A stretch of 64,000 bases of DNA, taken from positions 35,311 through 99,310 of the forward strand of contig CACGUF010000003.1 in NCBI GenBank assembly GCA_902576125.1. The letters are read 5' to 3'. This document shows, in pieces, positions 25,628 to 35,593 of this stretch. The position numbers and the translations under genes are program-made. This DNA comes from an uncultured Alphaproteobacteria bacterium. Lineage in GTDB: Bacteria; Pseudomonadota; Alphaproteobacteria; HIMB59; GCA-002718135. Under the pieces are notes generated by a model. The model was not told where the DNA came from and searched no databases. It saw nothing but the letters and a program-made list of their open reading frames with translations. The number at the start of each line of letters is the position of its first letter. Within the stretch, counting starts at the first letter, position 1.

Positions 25628-26260
25628 ATGGGAAAAGTAATAGCATTTTCTAATCAAAAAGGAGGGTCAGGTAAATCAACCCTTTCAGCTAATATTGCTG
25701 TATTGTGGAGTAATAGCGGATATAAAGTTGCTGTAATTGATGCAGATCCTCAAAAAAGCTTAACTTATTGGCTTTCAGAAAGAAAGAGATATTATGGAGA
25801 AAATGATATCGGTATTGATACATACCAATTTGATATCAGGAATCTTCCAGACGAAATTAAGAAAATAAAAAGAAAATACGATTTTATTATCATAGATAGC
25901 CCGCCATCAATTACTTTTGAAACCATTCAAATTATAAAGGCATCAAATGGTATTTTTGTTCCAGTTCAACCAAGTCCACTAGATTTAATGGCAACCTTGC
26001 CATTTTTGCAAATTGCAAGAGATGAAAAAAAGAAACCTATTATTATTTTAAACAGAGTAATGCCAAGAGCCCGCCTTACTGATGCTATGGTTTTAAGATT
26101 AAGATATTCTGGAGCTAAAATTGCAAGATCTAGAATATCGAGCAAAGTTATATTCGCAGAAACATTTGCAGTTGGTAGAGGTGTAATTGATATTAATGTA
26201 ACATCTGATGCTTCGAGAGAAATTATAAATGTTGGTAATGAGATTTTAAGAAATCTCTAA
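25628..26260 (+). CDS. ParA/MinD-superfamily P-loop ATPase, small (type Ib-like) orphan
   Basis: 210 aa with the deviant Walker A FSNQKGGSGKSTLS and Walker B FIIIDSPP. It has no N-terminal HTH, and no partner gene follows because glmU starts 4 nt downstream. Confidence 0.8.
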   Translation: MGKVIAFSNQKGGSGKSTLSANIAVLWSNSGYKVAVIDADPQKSLTYWLSERKRYYGENDIGIDTYQFDIRNLPDEIKKIKRKYDFIIIDSPPSITFETIQIIKASNGIFVPVQPSPLDLMATLPFLQIARDEKKKPIIILNRVMPRARLTDAMVLRLRYSGAKIARSRISSKVIFAETFAVGRGVIDINVTSDASREIINVGNEILRNL

Positions 26261-26264
26261 GTGA

Positions 26265-27542
26265 ATGAAAAATATTACAACTGTTATTTTAGCCGCAGGT
26301 AAGAGCACACGCTTTATATCTAATAATTCTAAACTAACTCATCATTTAGCTGGTCTGCCTATAGTCTGTCATGTTTATAATACTGCAAAAAAGATATCAG
26401 GAAAAAATATTGTTGTAGTGTGCAATAAAGAAAATCACTCAGAATTAAAATCTCTCTTGAGAGGTTGTAAGTTAGTTATTCAAAAATTGCAAATGGGTAC
26501 GGCTGATGCAATTAAAGCAGCAAGACCACATATTAAAACAGAAAACTTTTTAATATTATTTGGTGATGTGCCTCTTGTAACAGAAAGATCTCTAAAAAAA
26601 TTAATCCAAAATTTTGAAAAAAACAAAAAAGGAAGTATGATTTCATTTAAATCTTCTAACCCTTATGGTTATGGAAGAGTTATTTTGGAAAAAAATAAAG
26701 TTGTAAAAGTTGTAGAAGAAATTCATGCAAATACATCTGATAAATTAATCAATTTATGTAATTCAGGTATTATGCTTGTAAACAAATTTATTTTTTTTAA
26801 AAATGTTAAACTTATTAAATTTAGTAAAATAAAAAAAGAGAAGTATTTAACAGATCTTTTTGATATATATTATAAAAAAAATATCCCATTTTCTTTCTCC
26901 ATTTCTTCAGAAGAAGAGATGACAGGTATTAATAATTTATTTGATTTTAATAAAGCAGATGATTTTTTACAAAAAAAATTAATTAATAAATTCATTAAAA
27001 AGGGTGTATTAATTAAAAAACCAGAAAGTTGTTATTTTAGTTATGATACTAAAATAGACAAGAAGGTTGTTATTGAACCTAATGTAAATATCCGCACAAA
27101 TGTTAATATTAAATCTGGAACAATAATAAAAAGTTTCTCTGATTTAGAAGGAGTATTAGTTAATGAAAATTGTTCCATTGGTCCCCACGCACGAATTAGA
27201 AAATTTTCAAAAATTGCAAAAAATTGTAAAATTGGAAATTATGTAGAAATCAAAAATTCAATAATTGGCGCTAAAACATCTATAAGTCATTTATCTTATG
27301 TAGGCGATAGTAAAGTTGGAAATGAAGTTAATATTGGAGCAGGTTGCATAACTTGTAATTATGACGGATATAAAAAAAATAAAACTTTTATTGGGAATAA
27401 ATCATTTATAGGATCAAATACTTCAATAATTGCACCAATAAAAATAGGAAATAACGTTAAAATTGGCGCAGGCAGTGTGATAAATAAGGATATTCCTAAT
27501 AATAAGCTTGCTTTGAGACGTTCTAATCTTAAAATTTACTAA
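26265..27542 (+). CDS. glmU: Bifunctional UDP-N-acetylglucosamine pyrophosphorylase / glucosamine-1-phosphate N-acetyltransferase
   Basis: 425 aa. The N-terminal nucleotidyltransferase domain reads VILAAGKSTRF. The C-terminus carries left-handed beta-helix hexapeptide repeats. Confidence 0.8.
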   Translation: MKNITTVILAAGKSTRFISNNSKLTHHLAGLPIVCHVYNTAKKISGKNIVVVCNKENHSELKSLLRGCKLVIQKLQMGTADAIKAARPHIKTENFLILFGDVPLVTERSLKKLIQNFEKNKKGSMISFKSSNPYGYGRVILEKNKVVKVVEEIHANTSDKLINLCNSGIMLVNKFIFFKNVKLIKFSKIKKEKYLTDLFDIYYKKNIPFSFSISSEEEMTGINNLFDFNKADDFLQKKLINKFIKKGVLIKKPESCYFSYDTKIDKKVVIEPNVNIRTNVNIKSGTIIKSFSDLEGVLVNENCSIGPHARIRKFSKIAKNCKIGNYVEIKNSIIGAKTSISHLSYVGDSKVGNEVNIGAGCITCNYDGYKKNKTFIGNKSFIGSNTSIIAPIKIGNNVKIGAGSVINKDIPNNKLALRRSNLKIY

Positions 27543-27610
27543 TTTCTATGTTTTTAAGCTTATATTAAACTTGTTTAGAAATTCTATAGAGTTTAATAGC
27601 CTAATTTAAT

Positions 27611-28984
27611 ATGAAATCTCAATGGTCACCAAGTTCTTGGCGTTCAAAGCCAGCAAAACATCTTCCTATTTATAAGGATCAAAATCAATTAACAAATGCT
27701 TTAGAGGAAATAAAAAAATTTCCTCCCTTAGTATTTGCTGGTGAAGCTAGATCTTTAAAATCTAAACTTGCAAATGTATCAAATGGAAAAGCTTTTTTAT
27801 TACAGGGTGGTGATTGCGCAGAGAGTTTTGTAGATTTTCATCCTGATAATATAAAAAATAGTTTCAAGGTAATTCTTCAAATGGCAGTGGTGTTAACATT
27901 TGGAGCTTCTTGCCCAATTGTAAAAGTTGGAAGAATAGCAGGACAATTTGCCAAACCTAGATCATCTGATAAAGAAACTGTAGATGGTATTGAGCTAGAG
28001 TCTTACAAAGGTGACATAATAAATGGTATTGAATTTACTAAGGAGGATAGAATTCCAGATCCCAAAAGGCTTATTCAAGCATATAATCAATCTGCCTCTA
28101 CATTAAATTTGTTAAGAGCTTTTTCTCAAGGAGGATATGCAAATTTAAATAAAATACATCAATGGAATATAAACTTTGTTGAAGAAGAAAATGCTAATAA
28201 ATTTATAGAAATTGCTGATAGAATAGATGAATGTCTTGCTTTTATGAAAGCGTGTGGCATCAATGGTGATAATGTTCGCCAAATTTATGAAACAGAATTT
28301 TTTACAAGTCATGAAGCTTTGTTACTTGATTATGAGGAAGCATTAACAAGAATTGATAGTACTTCGGGTAAATGGTATGATGTTTCAGCTCATATGCTTT
28401 GGGTTGGTGACAGGACAAGACAACTTGATGGAGCACATATTGAGTTTGTAAGAGGTATTGAAAACCCTATAGGAATTAAAGTTGGACCTACTTCAGATCC
28501 AGATGAGTTGTTGAAAATTCTTGATATTGTCAACTCTGATAATGAGCCAGGAAAAGTCACTCTAATTTGCCGTATGGGTGCTGATAAAATTGATAGTCAT
28601 TTACCGAATATAATTAAAAAGGTTCATACTGAAGGTAAAGCTGTAGTTTGGGCATGTGACCCAATGCATGGAAATACAATAAAATCTAAAACTGGCTTCA
28701 AAACTAGGCCAGTAAATAATATTTTTTCTGAAATTCAGAAATTTTTTGCAATTCATAAAACTCTTGGCACTTATCCTGGTGGAGTTCATTTAGAAATGAC
28801 GGGAGCAGATGTCACAGAATGTATGGGTGGTTTGCAGCAAATTACTGAAGAAGATCTTAAAAACAGATATCATACTTTTTGTGATCCAAGATTGAATGCC
28901 TCTCAGTCGTTAGAAATAGCTTTTTTAATTTCTGAATATTTAAAAGATGAAAAATTTTTATCTTTAAAGTCTTCTCAAATTTAA
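27611..28984 (+). CDS. 3-deoxy-7-phosphoheptulonate (DAHP) synthase, class II
   Basis: 457 aa. The N-terminal WSPSSWRSKPAKHLPIY...PPLVFAGEAR...AFLLQGGDCAESF is characteristic of class II DAHPS. Confidence 0.9.
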   Translation: MKSQWSPSSWRSKPAKHLPIYKDQNQLTNALEEIKKFPPLVFAGEARSLKSKLANVSNGKAFLLQGGDCAESFVDFHPDNIKNSFKVILQMAVVLTFGASCPIVKVGRIAGQFAKPRSSDKETVDGIELESYKGDIINGIEFTKEDRIPDPKRLIQAYNQSASTLNLLRAFSQGGYANLNKIHQWNINFVEEENANKFIEIADRIDECLAFMKACGINGDNVRQIYETEFFTSHEALLLDYEEALTRIDSTSGKWYDVSAHMLWVGDRTRQLDGAHIEFVRGIENPIGIKVGPTSDPDELLKILDIVNSDNEPGKVTLICRMGADKIDSHLPNIIKKVHTEGKAVVWACDPMHGNTIKSKTGFKTRPVNNIFSEIQKFFAIHKTLGTYPGGVHLEMTGADVTECMGGLQQITEEDLKNRYHTFCDPRLNASQSLEIAFLISEYLKDEKFLSLKSSQI

Positions 28985-29005
28985 TTTTAGATATAAATTA
29001 TAATT

Positions 29006-29746
29006 ATGAATTCAAAACAACAAATTGAATATATATCAAATTGGATCAAGGAATATGCTGGCTCTCTTCGCTTTAAACCACCATGCCTAGTTATTGGAGT
29101 CTCGGGTGGAATTGATTCTGCTGTAACTAGTACTTTATGCTGTAAAACAGGTATAAAAACTATTGCAGTTTCAATGCCAATAAGACAAAATTTCTCTCAG
29201 CATGACTTAAGCTTAAAGCATTTAGATTGGTTAAATGCTAATTTTGATAATGTAGATACAATGATCTTGGAACTTGATGAAGTTTTTAAATCTTTTGAAA
29301 AAACAATGTTTAATTTTGATAACAAATTAGCATTTGCCAATTCAAGATCAAGATTAAGAATGGTTACTCTATATCAAATTGCTCAAGCAAATAATGGAAT
29401 AGTTGTTGGGACAGGAAATAAAGTCGAAGATTTTGGAGTAGGATTTTATACAAAATATGGTGATGGTGGAGTAGATATTTCACCAATTGCAGATTGTACT
29501 AAGACTGATGTTTGGAATATTGGAAAAACTTTAGAAGTAATAGAAGAAATTATAGAAGCCGCTCCAACAGACGGCCTTTGGGATGATAGTAGAAATGACC
29601 AATCTCAATTAGGCTTAACTTACAACCAAATTGAAGAGGCTATGAATGATCCTAATAGCAAATATTTTGAAAAATATAATAAAATCAGAGAACCAAATTT
29701 ACATAAAATGAAACCAATACCTGTGTGTATTCTTCCAAAAGATTAA
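29006..29746 (+). CDS. nadE: NH3-dependent NAD+ synthetase
   Basis: 246 aa with the PP-loop VIGVSGGIDSAV and the motif GTGNKVEDFGVGFYTKYGDGG. Confidence 0.85.
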   Translation: MNSKQQIEYISNWIKEYAGSLRFKPPCLVIGVSGGIDSAVTSTLCCKTGIKTIAVSMPIRQNFSQHDLSLKHLDWLNANFDNVDTMILELDEVFKSFEKTMFNFDNKLAFANSRSRLRMVTLYQIAQANNGIVVGTGNKVEDFGVGFYTKYGDGGVDISPIADCTKTDVWNIGKTLEVIEEIIEAAPTDGLWDDSRNDQSQLGLTYNQIEEAMNDPNSKYFEKYNKIREPNLHKMKPIPVCILPKD

Positions 29747-29747
29747 T

Positions 29748-31082
29748 ATGAAATGTAGATTTGCCCCTAGTCCAACTGGCTTATTGCATGTTGGAAATGC
29801 AAGGTCTGCAGTATTAAATTGGGCTTATTGCAAAAAAAATAAGGGAGAGTTTATATTAAGAATAGATGATACTGATGAATCAAGATCAACAAAAGAGTTT
29901 GAAAATAAAATAAAAGAAAATCTAAACTGGTTAGGTCTTAATTGGGATAAGACTTTTAATCAATCTGATAGAATTGAAAATTATAGTATAAAAATAGAAA
30001 AGTTAAAAAAAGATGGCCGTCTATATCCTTGTTTTGAAACTGCAGATGAGTTAGCTCTTAAAAAGAAATCACTTCTTTCATCTGGGAAACCTCCTATTTA
30101 TGATAGATCAGCATTATTATTAAGTGAAGAACAGATTAAAGAAAAAATTAATTCTGGTCTAAAACCTCATTGGAGATTCAAGCTAGACACAAAAATAATC
30201 AAATGGAATGATTTAATTAAGGGTGAGGTTAAGTTTGACTCAAAAAACTTAAGTGACCCAATTTTAATAAGAGAAGATGGATCACTTCTTTATCATTTAC
30301 CGTCAGTTATTGATGATATTGAAGAAAAAATTTCACATATAATAAGGGGAGAAGATCACATTTCAAATACAGCATTCCATATTCAGTTATTTAATGCTTT
30401 AGATGCATCTAGTCCTGAGTTTGCTCATCACCCTTTTTTAACTGATCAAGAAGGTAAAGGTTTTGGGAAAAGATTAGGCAGCCTTTCAATTGATAATTTA
30501 AAAAATGAAGGTTATGAAAATATTTCTATTATTAATTACCTGATTAATATTGGTTCCAGTGAAGATATAAAACCTGAAACTATTTTAAGCAATGTTTTAG
30601 AAAATTTTGACATAAAGAATATATCAAAATCATCAGCTAAATTTTCAGAAACAGTTATGAAATCTTTAAACTCAGATGTATTAAAAAATTATAATTTTGA
30701 ACAAGTTAATAAAAAAATAAATATAGAAAATACAAAAGTAGATTTAGAGAAGTTATGGAGATTTTCAAAAAATAATATCACTTTTTTAGATGAAATTAAT
30801 ATTTGGTATAAAGCAATTAATATTACTATTGATATTGAAAAGCATAAAATTCCAATTAATCTAATTCAATCTGCAATTGAGCATATTCCAGATTCTCCAT
30901 TTACATATGAAACTTGGGATATTTGGACAAAATTAATAAGCAAAAATACAGGTTTGAAAGGAAGAGATCTTTATATGCCTTTAAGGCTTATATTAACTGG
31001 TAAAGACAAAGGTCCAGAACTTAAGAATTTCCTTCCTTTGTTCAACAAGCAGACATTACTTAGAAAATTTGGAAAAACCTAG
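29748..31082 (+). CDS. gltX: Glutamyl-tRNA synthetase
   Basis: 444 aa. The class I motifs are RFAPSPTGLLHVGNARSA (HIGH type) and IIRGEDHISNT. Confidence 0.9.
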   Translation: MKCRFAPSPTGLLHVGNARSAVLNWAYCKKNKGEFILRIDDTDESRSTKEFENKIKENLNWLGLNWDKTFNQSDRIENYSIKIEKLKKDGRLYPCFETADELALKKKSLLSSGKPPIYDRSALLLSEEQIKEKINSGLKPHWRFKLDTKIIKWNDLIKGEVKFDSKNLSDPILIREDGSLLYHLPSVIDDIEEKISHIIRGEDHISNTAFHIQLFNALDASSPEFAHHPFLTDQEGKGFGKRLGSLSIDNLKNEGYENISIINYLINIGSSEDIKPETILSNVLENFDIKNISKSSAKFSETVMKSLNSDVLKNYNFEQVNKKINIENTKVDLEKLWRFSKNNITFLDEINIWYKAINITIDIEKHKIPINLIQSAIEHIPDSPFTYETWDIWTKLISKNTGLKGRDLYMPLRLILTGKDKGPELKNFLPLFNKQTLLRKFGKT

Positions 31083-31119
31083 AAAAAAATATTTTATTCT
31101 CTAAGAGCTAATTTTAAAT

Positions 31120-32706
31120 ATGAATGAAGACAATAAAATTTATTTATTTGACACTACTTTAAGAGATGGTCAACAAACTACAGGTGTAAATTTTTCTGTT
31201 AGTGACAAAATGACTATAGCTAAAAGTCTTGATGAGTTAGGTGTTGATTATATTGAAGGAGGGTGGCCTGGCGCTAACCCTACTGATAATGATTTTTTTT
31301 CACGTGATTTAAATTTTACCAAATCAAAATTTACTGCTTTTGGAATGACAAGAAGACCTGGAAGAAGTGCTGAAAATGATCCAGGATTGAATTCTCTTAT
31401 TAATAGTAACGCTTCTACAATATGTCTAGTAGGTAAATCCTCATCATTTCAAGTAAAGAATGCGCTAGGAATAACTGAAGATGAAAATCTTTCGATGTTA
31501 AATGATAGTTTTAATTATTTGCACATTAAAAATAAGGAAGCTATCTATGATGCAGAACACTTTTTTGATGGTTTTAAACAAAATAAAGACTATGCATTAA
31601 AATGTTTGAGTACAGCTTTAAATGCTAATGTAAGGTGGGTTGTATTATGTGATACAAATGGCGGAACTCTTCCAAATGAAATATCCAAAATAATTCAAGA
31701 AGTTATGAAAACTATTCCAGCAAATAAATTAGGAATACATGCTCATAATGATACCGAAAATGGTGTAGCTAATGCTCTAACAGCAATAAATACTGGTGTA
31801 AGACATGTTCAGGGAACAATCAATGGGCTTGGAGAAAGATGCGGAAATACAAATCTTGCGTCTTTAATACCTTCATTGGTCTTAAAAACAAATTTTCATA
31901 CCAATATTAATGAGCAAAATTTAAAATTATTAACTAAAATTTCTCATACTTTAAATGATATTTTAAATGAGCCAAAATCAAAAAATGCTCCTTATGTTGG
32001 TGAGAATGCATTTTCACACAAAGGCGGACTACACGCTTCAGCTGTTGCAAAAAATCCATCTACTTATGAGCATATTGATCCAGAATTAGTCGGAAACTCT
32101 AGAAATGTAGTTATTTCAGATCAGGCAGGTAAAGCAAATTTATTGAGTCAAATAAAAAAACTATCAATTAACATAGATAATGAGCAAGTTACCCAACTAC
32201 TCGAGTTGATAAAACAAAAAGAAGCTGAAGGATTTTCTTATGATATTGCATTAGCTAGTTTTGAATTATTGGTGAGAAAACATACCGGTCAATTTAAGGA
32301 ATATTTTAACCTTAATAAATTTAGAGTTACTGATGAAAGAAGATGGAATGCAAAAGGAAAACTTGTCACAGACTCTGAGGCAACTGTTCATTTAGAAGTT
32401 AAAAATCAAGAAAAAATGACAGTGGGTGTAGGTAATGGTCCAGTTAATGCAATTGATAGCGCACTAAGACAGGCATTAATTGATTTCTATCCAACTTTAA
32501 ACGATTTAAAACTTACAGATTATAAGGTTATGATTTTATCATCAGACAAAGGTACTGGTGCAATAACAAGAGTTCATATAGAGTCTACAGATAGTAACAA
32601 GCAACATTGGACTACAGTCGGTGTATCAGCTAATATTATAGATGCCTCTTATAATGCTATTTATGATAGTATAAGCTATAAATTATTTAAAGATTTGAAT
32701 AATTAA
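31120..32706 (+). CDS. cimA: Citramalate synthase / 2-isopropylmalate synthase family (long CimA-type with C-terminal LeuA dimerisation domain)
   Basis: 528 aa. Motifs: LFDTTLRDGQQ, HAHNDTENGVANAL, NGLGERCGN. Confidence 0.8.
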   Translation: MNEDNKIYLFDTTLRDGQQTTGVNFSVSDKMTIAKSLDELGVDYIEGGWPGANPTDNDFFSRDLNFTKSKFTAFGMTRRPGRSAENDPGLNSLINSNASTICLVGKSSSFQVKNALGITEDENLSMLNDSFNYLHIKNKEAIYDAEHFFDGFKQNKDYALKCLSTALNANVRWVVLCDTNGGTLPNEISKIIQEVMKTIPANKLGIHAHNDTENGVANALTAINTGVRHVQGTINGLGERCGNTNLASLIPSLVLKTNFHTNINEQNLKLLTKISHTLNDILNEPKSKNAPYVGENAFSHKGGLHASAVAKNPSTYEHIDPELVGNSRNVVISDQAGKANLLSQIKKLSINIDNEQVTQLLELIKQKEAEGFSYDIALASFELLVRKHTGQFKEYFNLNKFRVTDERRWNAKGKLVTDSEATVHLEVKNQEKMTVGVGNGPVNAIDSALRQALIDFYPTLNDLKLTDYKVMILSSDKGTGAITRVHIESTDSNKQHWTTVGVSANIIDASYNAIYDSISYKLFKDLNN

Positions 32707-32707
32707 A

Positions 32708-33424
32708 TTGAAACTAATTAATCCAACAATTATTTTAGTAAGACCTCAGCTTTCAGAAAATATAGGCATGACTGCCAGAGCAATGGATAATTTTGGTTTA
32801 TCAAAATTATTTATTGTTAATCCAAGAGCTGAATGGCCTAGTAAATTAGCAGAAAATTCAGCTAAGCAGGGAATAAATATTATTAAAAAAGTAAAAATTT
32901 TTACTAGTTTGCAGGACGCTGTTTCAAAATTTAAAGTTGTTATTGCTACAACAAATAGAAAACGTTTTATAACGAAACAAATATTTAATAACTTTTATGA
33001 TTTAAATAAAAAAATTAGTGATTTTAAAAATACTGCAATTTTATTTGGTCCTGAAAATTCTGGATTATCTAATCAAGATCTTAGATTAGCAAATTATATT
33101 TATACAATAAAAACAGCAAGCATCAATAAATCACTTAATTTATCTCATGCAGTTTCTTTAATATCTTATGAGTTATTTAATTCTAAAAAAATGACTAATA
33201 TTTTAGAAGAAAATAATCAACAAGTCACTAAACTAGATTTATTGAATTTTTTAAATTCACTTATTAATGATCTTGACTCAATGAATTTTTTTAAGCCAAT
33301 AGAAAAAAAAGAAAGTATGATTGATAATATCTTCGCAATTTACAATAAAATGAATTTGACCAAAAAAGAACTTAGAATGTTGTGGGGAATGCATAAAAAG
33401 CTCAAAAATCAGCCAAAAATTTAA
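32708..33424 (+). CDS. SpoU/TrmH-family RNA 2'-O-methyltransferase (TrmJ-like)
   Basis: 238 aa with a TTG start. Motifs: SENIGMTARAMDNFG, LFGPENSGLSNQDL, NLSHAV. Confidence 0.7.
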   Translation: MKLINPTIILVRPQLSENIGMTARAMDNFGLSKLFIVNPRAEWPSKLAENSAKQGINIIKKVKIFTSLQDAVSKFKVVIATTNRKRFITKQIFNNFYDLNKKISDFKNTAILFGPENSGLSNQDLRLANYIYTIKTASINKSLNLSHAVSLISYELFNSKKMTNILEENNQQVTKLDLLNFLNSLINDLDSMNFFKPIEKKESMIDNIFAIYNKMNLTKKELRMLWGMHKKLKNQPKI

Positions 33425-33434
33425 AATTATGGAT

Positions 33435-33462
33435 TTGACATCAATAAATTAATCACTATATA
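33435..33462 (+). promoter_or_regulatory. Candidate sigma-70-type promoter for rpsD: -35 TTGACA (33435-40), 16-nt spacer, -10 TATATA (33457-62)
   Basis: The -35 is consensus and sits at a plausible spacing. The -10 ends 12 nt upstream of ATG 33475. Confidence 0.4.
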
Positions 33463-33474
33463 CGCCATTAATTA

Positions 33475-34095
33475 ATGACAAAAAGAATATCTGCAAAATA
33501 CAAAATTGATAGAAGATTAGGTTGTAACCTCTGGGGCAGGCCTAAAAGTCCTTTTAATAAAAGAAATACTAAACCCGGCCAACATGGCGCTATGGGTCTA
33601 AGAAAAAAACTTTCAGATTATGGCAATCAGCTTTTTGCTAAGCAGAAACTAAAGTTTTATTATGGTGATTTAACAGAAAAACAATTCAGAAGAATTTACA
33701 CTAAAGCTTCAAATACTAAGGGAGATACAAGTCAAATTTTAATTGAACTTTTAGAAAGAAGATTAGACGCTATTGTTTATAGAATGAAATTTGTTCCTAC
33801 TATTTTTGCTGCTAGGCAATTAGTTAATCATGGCCATGTTAAAGTAAATGGAAAAAGAGTTAATATACCTTCATATTCAGTTAAAGATGGTGATGAAATA
33901 TCACTTAAAGATGGGAGCAAAGAAATTAACATTGTTCAAGAATCAATCGTTTCTCAAGAAAGAGAAATTCCTGAGTACATTGAAGTAGATGTTAAAGAGT
34001 TTAAAGGTAAATTTTTGAGAGCTCCTTTAATTCATGATGTGCCCTACCCAGTAACTATGGAACCAAATCTAGTTATTGAGTATTATTCAAGATAG
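33475..34095 (+). CDS. rpsD: 30S ribosomal protein S4
   Basis: 206 aa. Motifs: [27 protein letters not shown], and the S4 RNA-binding domain [39 protein letters not shown]. Confidence 0.95.
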   Translation: MTKRISAKYKIDRRLGCNLWGRPKSPFNKRNTKPGQHGAMGLRKKLSDYGNQLFAKQKLKFYYGDLTEKQFRRIYTKASNTKGDTSQILIELLERRLDAIVYRMKFVPTIFAARQLVNHGHVKVNGKRVNIPSYSVKDGDEISLKDGSKEINIVQESIVSQEREIPEYIEVDVKEFKGKFLRAPLIHDVPYPVTMEPNLVIEYYSR

Positions 34096-34973
34096 TCCTT
34101 TTGCTTTATTGCATCAAAAATAAAAATTCCTACACCTATCCAAATTATTATAAACGCCAAAATTTTGTTAAATTCCATATATTCACCAAGTACAAACACA
34201 GAAGTAATAAAATGAAAGCTTGGGGCAATATAAAATAGAACTCCAGCTAGCCCTAAAGGCACATGTTTAAGACCTAGATTAAAAAAAAATAATGGAAAAA
34301 TTGTAACAGCACCAGTTAATAGCAACATTATGGTATTGAAACTAAATGTTAAACTAATGTATCCAATGTTTAAAAAACTTAGATAAATTAAATAGGGAAG
34401 TGCCAGTATAGTAATTAATCCAGATTCAAATAATAGTCCTATAGCAGGTGAAACTTGAATTTGTTTTCTTAGTAAACCATAAACAGCCCAAGTGGTTCCG
34501 ATTAGCACAGCAATCAAAGGAAAACTACCTAGACTTAGAAATAATATTAAACAAGCAACAAGCATTAAAAAGACTGAAATACCTTTACTGATGTTAAGTT
34601 TTTCATTTAAAAAAATGAAACCCAAAACTATGCTAATCATAGGTGTTAAAAAATAACCTAATGATGCATCCTGAACTTGCTGAATACTTACAGAGTAAAT
34701 AAATCCAGTCCAATTTACAGCTATTAAAATTCCAGTAATTGATAGAATTATAATATTTTTTGATAATTTAAAAATAGCTAAAAACTTTTTTATTTCATTT
34801 GAAAACAACAGTAAAATAAATAGCAAAACAAAAGACCAAAGCCCTCTGTGCATAGCAATCTCTATTGGTGGTATATATTTTATTTGATCAAAAAAAAGAG
34901 GCTGAGGCATTCCCCAAAATAGTGAGGCTAAACAAGTATAAAATATACCTCTAAAAAAAATATTATTTTTCAA
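34083..34973 (-). CDS. EamA/RarD-family (DMT superfamily) membrane transporter
   Basis: 296 aa with about 10 hydrophobic helices in two EamA-like halves. It has a 13-nt convergent overlap with rpsD. Confidence 0.7.
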   Translation of the reverse strand: MKNNIFFRGIFYTCLASLFWGMPQPLFFDQIKYIPPIEIAMHRGLWSFVLLFILLLFSNEIKKFLAIFKLSKNIIILSITGILIAVNWTGFIYSVSIQQVQDASLGYFLTPMISIVLGFIFLNEKLNISKGISVFLMLVACLILFLSLGSFPLIAVLIGTTWAVYGLLRKQIQVSPAIGLLFESGLITILALPYLIYLSFLNIGYISLTFSFNTIMLLLTGAVTIFPLFFFNLGLKHVPLGLAGVLFYIAPSFHFITSVFVLGEYMEFNKILAFIIIWIGVGIFIFDAIKQKDYLE

Positions 34974-34974
34974 A

Positions 34975-35322
34975 TTATGATGGTTTTACGTCAATCCCTC
35001 TGCTGTTAAATAATTCAATAAGTTCTCCAGACTCATACATTTCTTTAACAATGTCACAGCCACCGATGAATTCTTCTTTTACATATAACTGTGGTATAGT
35101 AGGCCAATTAGAGAATTTTTTTATTCCTTCTCTTATTTCATCACTATCTAACACGTTAACTGTATTAAACTTTACACCTATATTTGATAATACTTCAACA
35201 ACTGCAGCAGAAAAACCACATTGAGGGAAAACTGGTGTCCCTTTCATAAATAAAACTACATCACTTGATTTAATTTCGTTTTTAATGTTTTCTGAAACAT
35301 CTATCATTTTATTTTCTTCCAT
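34975..35322 (-). CDS. grxD: Monothiol glutaredoxin (Grx4 family)
   Basis: 115 aa. Motifs: VVLFMKGTPVFPQCGFS (CGFS active site) and WPTIPQLYVKEEFIGGCDI. Confidence 0.9.
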   Translation of the reverse strand: MEENKMIDVSENIKNEIKSSDVVLFMKGTPVFPQCGFSAAVVEVLSNIGVKFNTVNVLDSDEIREGIKKFSNWPTIPQLYVKEEFIGGCDIVKEMYESGELIELFNSRGIDVKPS

Positions 35323-35325
35323 TTA

Positions 35326-35556
35326 TTACTCCGTTTTTGTTTTAAGCATCAAAGCATGTAATTCATTACCCATTTTCCCTTTTAATGAGTCATATACCAT
35401 TTTATGCTGTTCTATTTTAGTTTTTCCTTCAAATAATTTTGAAATAACAGTTGCACTATAATGATCACCGTCACCTTTTAAATCCTCAATGATTATTTTT
35501 GAGTTTGGAATACTTTCTTTAATGTGTTTTTCTAACTCTTCTTTTGATAAAGGCAT
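35326..35556 (-). CDS. BolA-family protein
   Basis: 76 aa with GDGDHYSATVISKLFEGKTKIEQHKMVY..L....HAL. The adjacent grxD-bolA pairing is classic. Confidence 0.85.
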   Translation of the reverse strand: MPLSKEELEKHIKESIPNSKIIIEDLKGDGDHYSATVISKLFEGKTKIEQHKMVYDSLKGKMGNELHALMLKTKTE

Positions 35557-35593
35557 TTTATTTAAATAGTTTATAAAATTGAAAAAATAAAGA

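Noticed and set aside
27541-27583. An 8-bp inverted repeat AATTTCTA ... TAGAAATT lies after glmU. I considered it as a possible terminator.
   Set aside because: The loop is 27 nt, the stem is entirely AT-rich and no T-tract follows. It is thermodynamically weak and unlikely to act as an intrinsic terminator.
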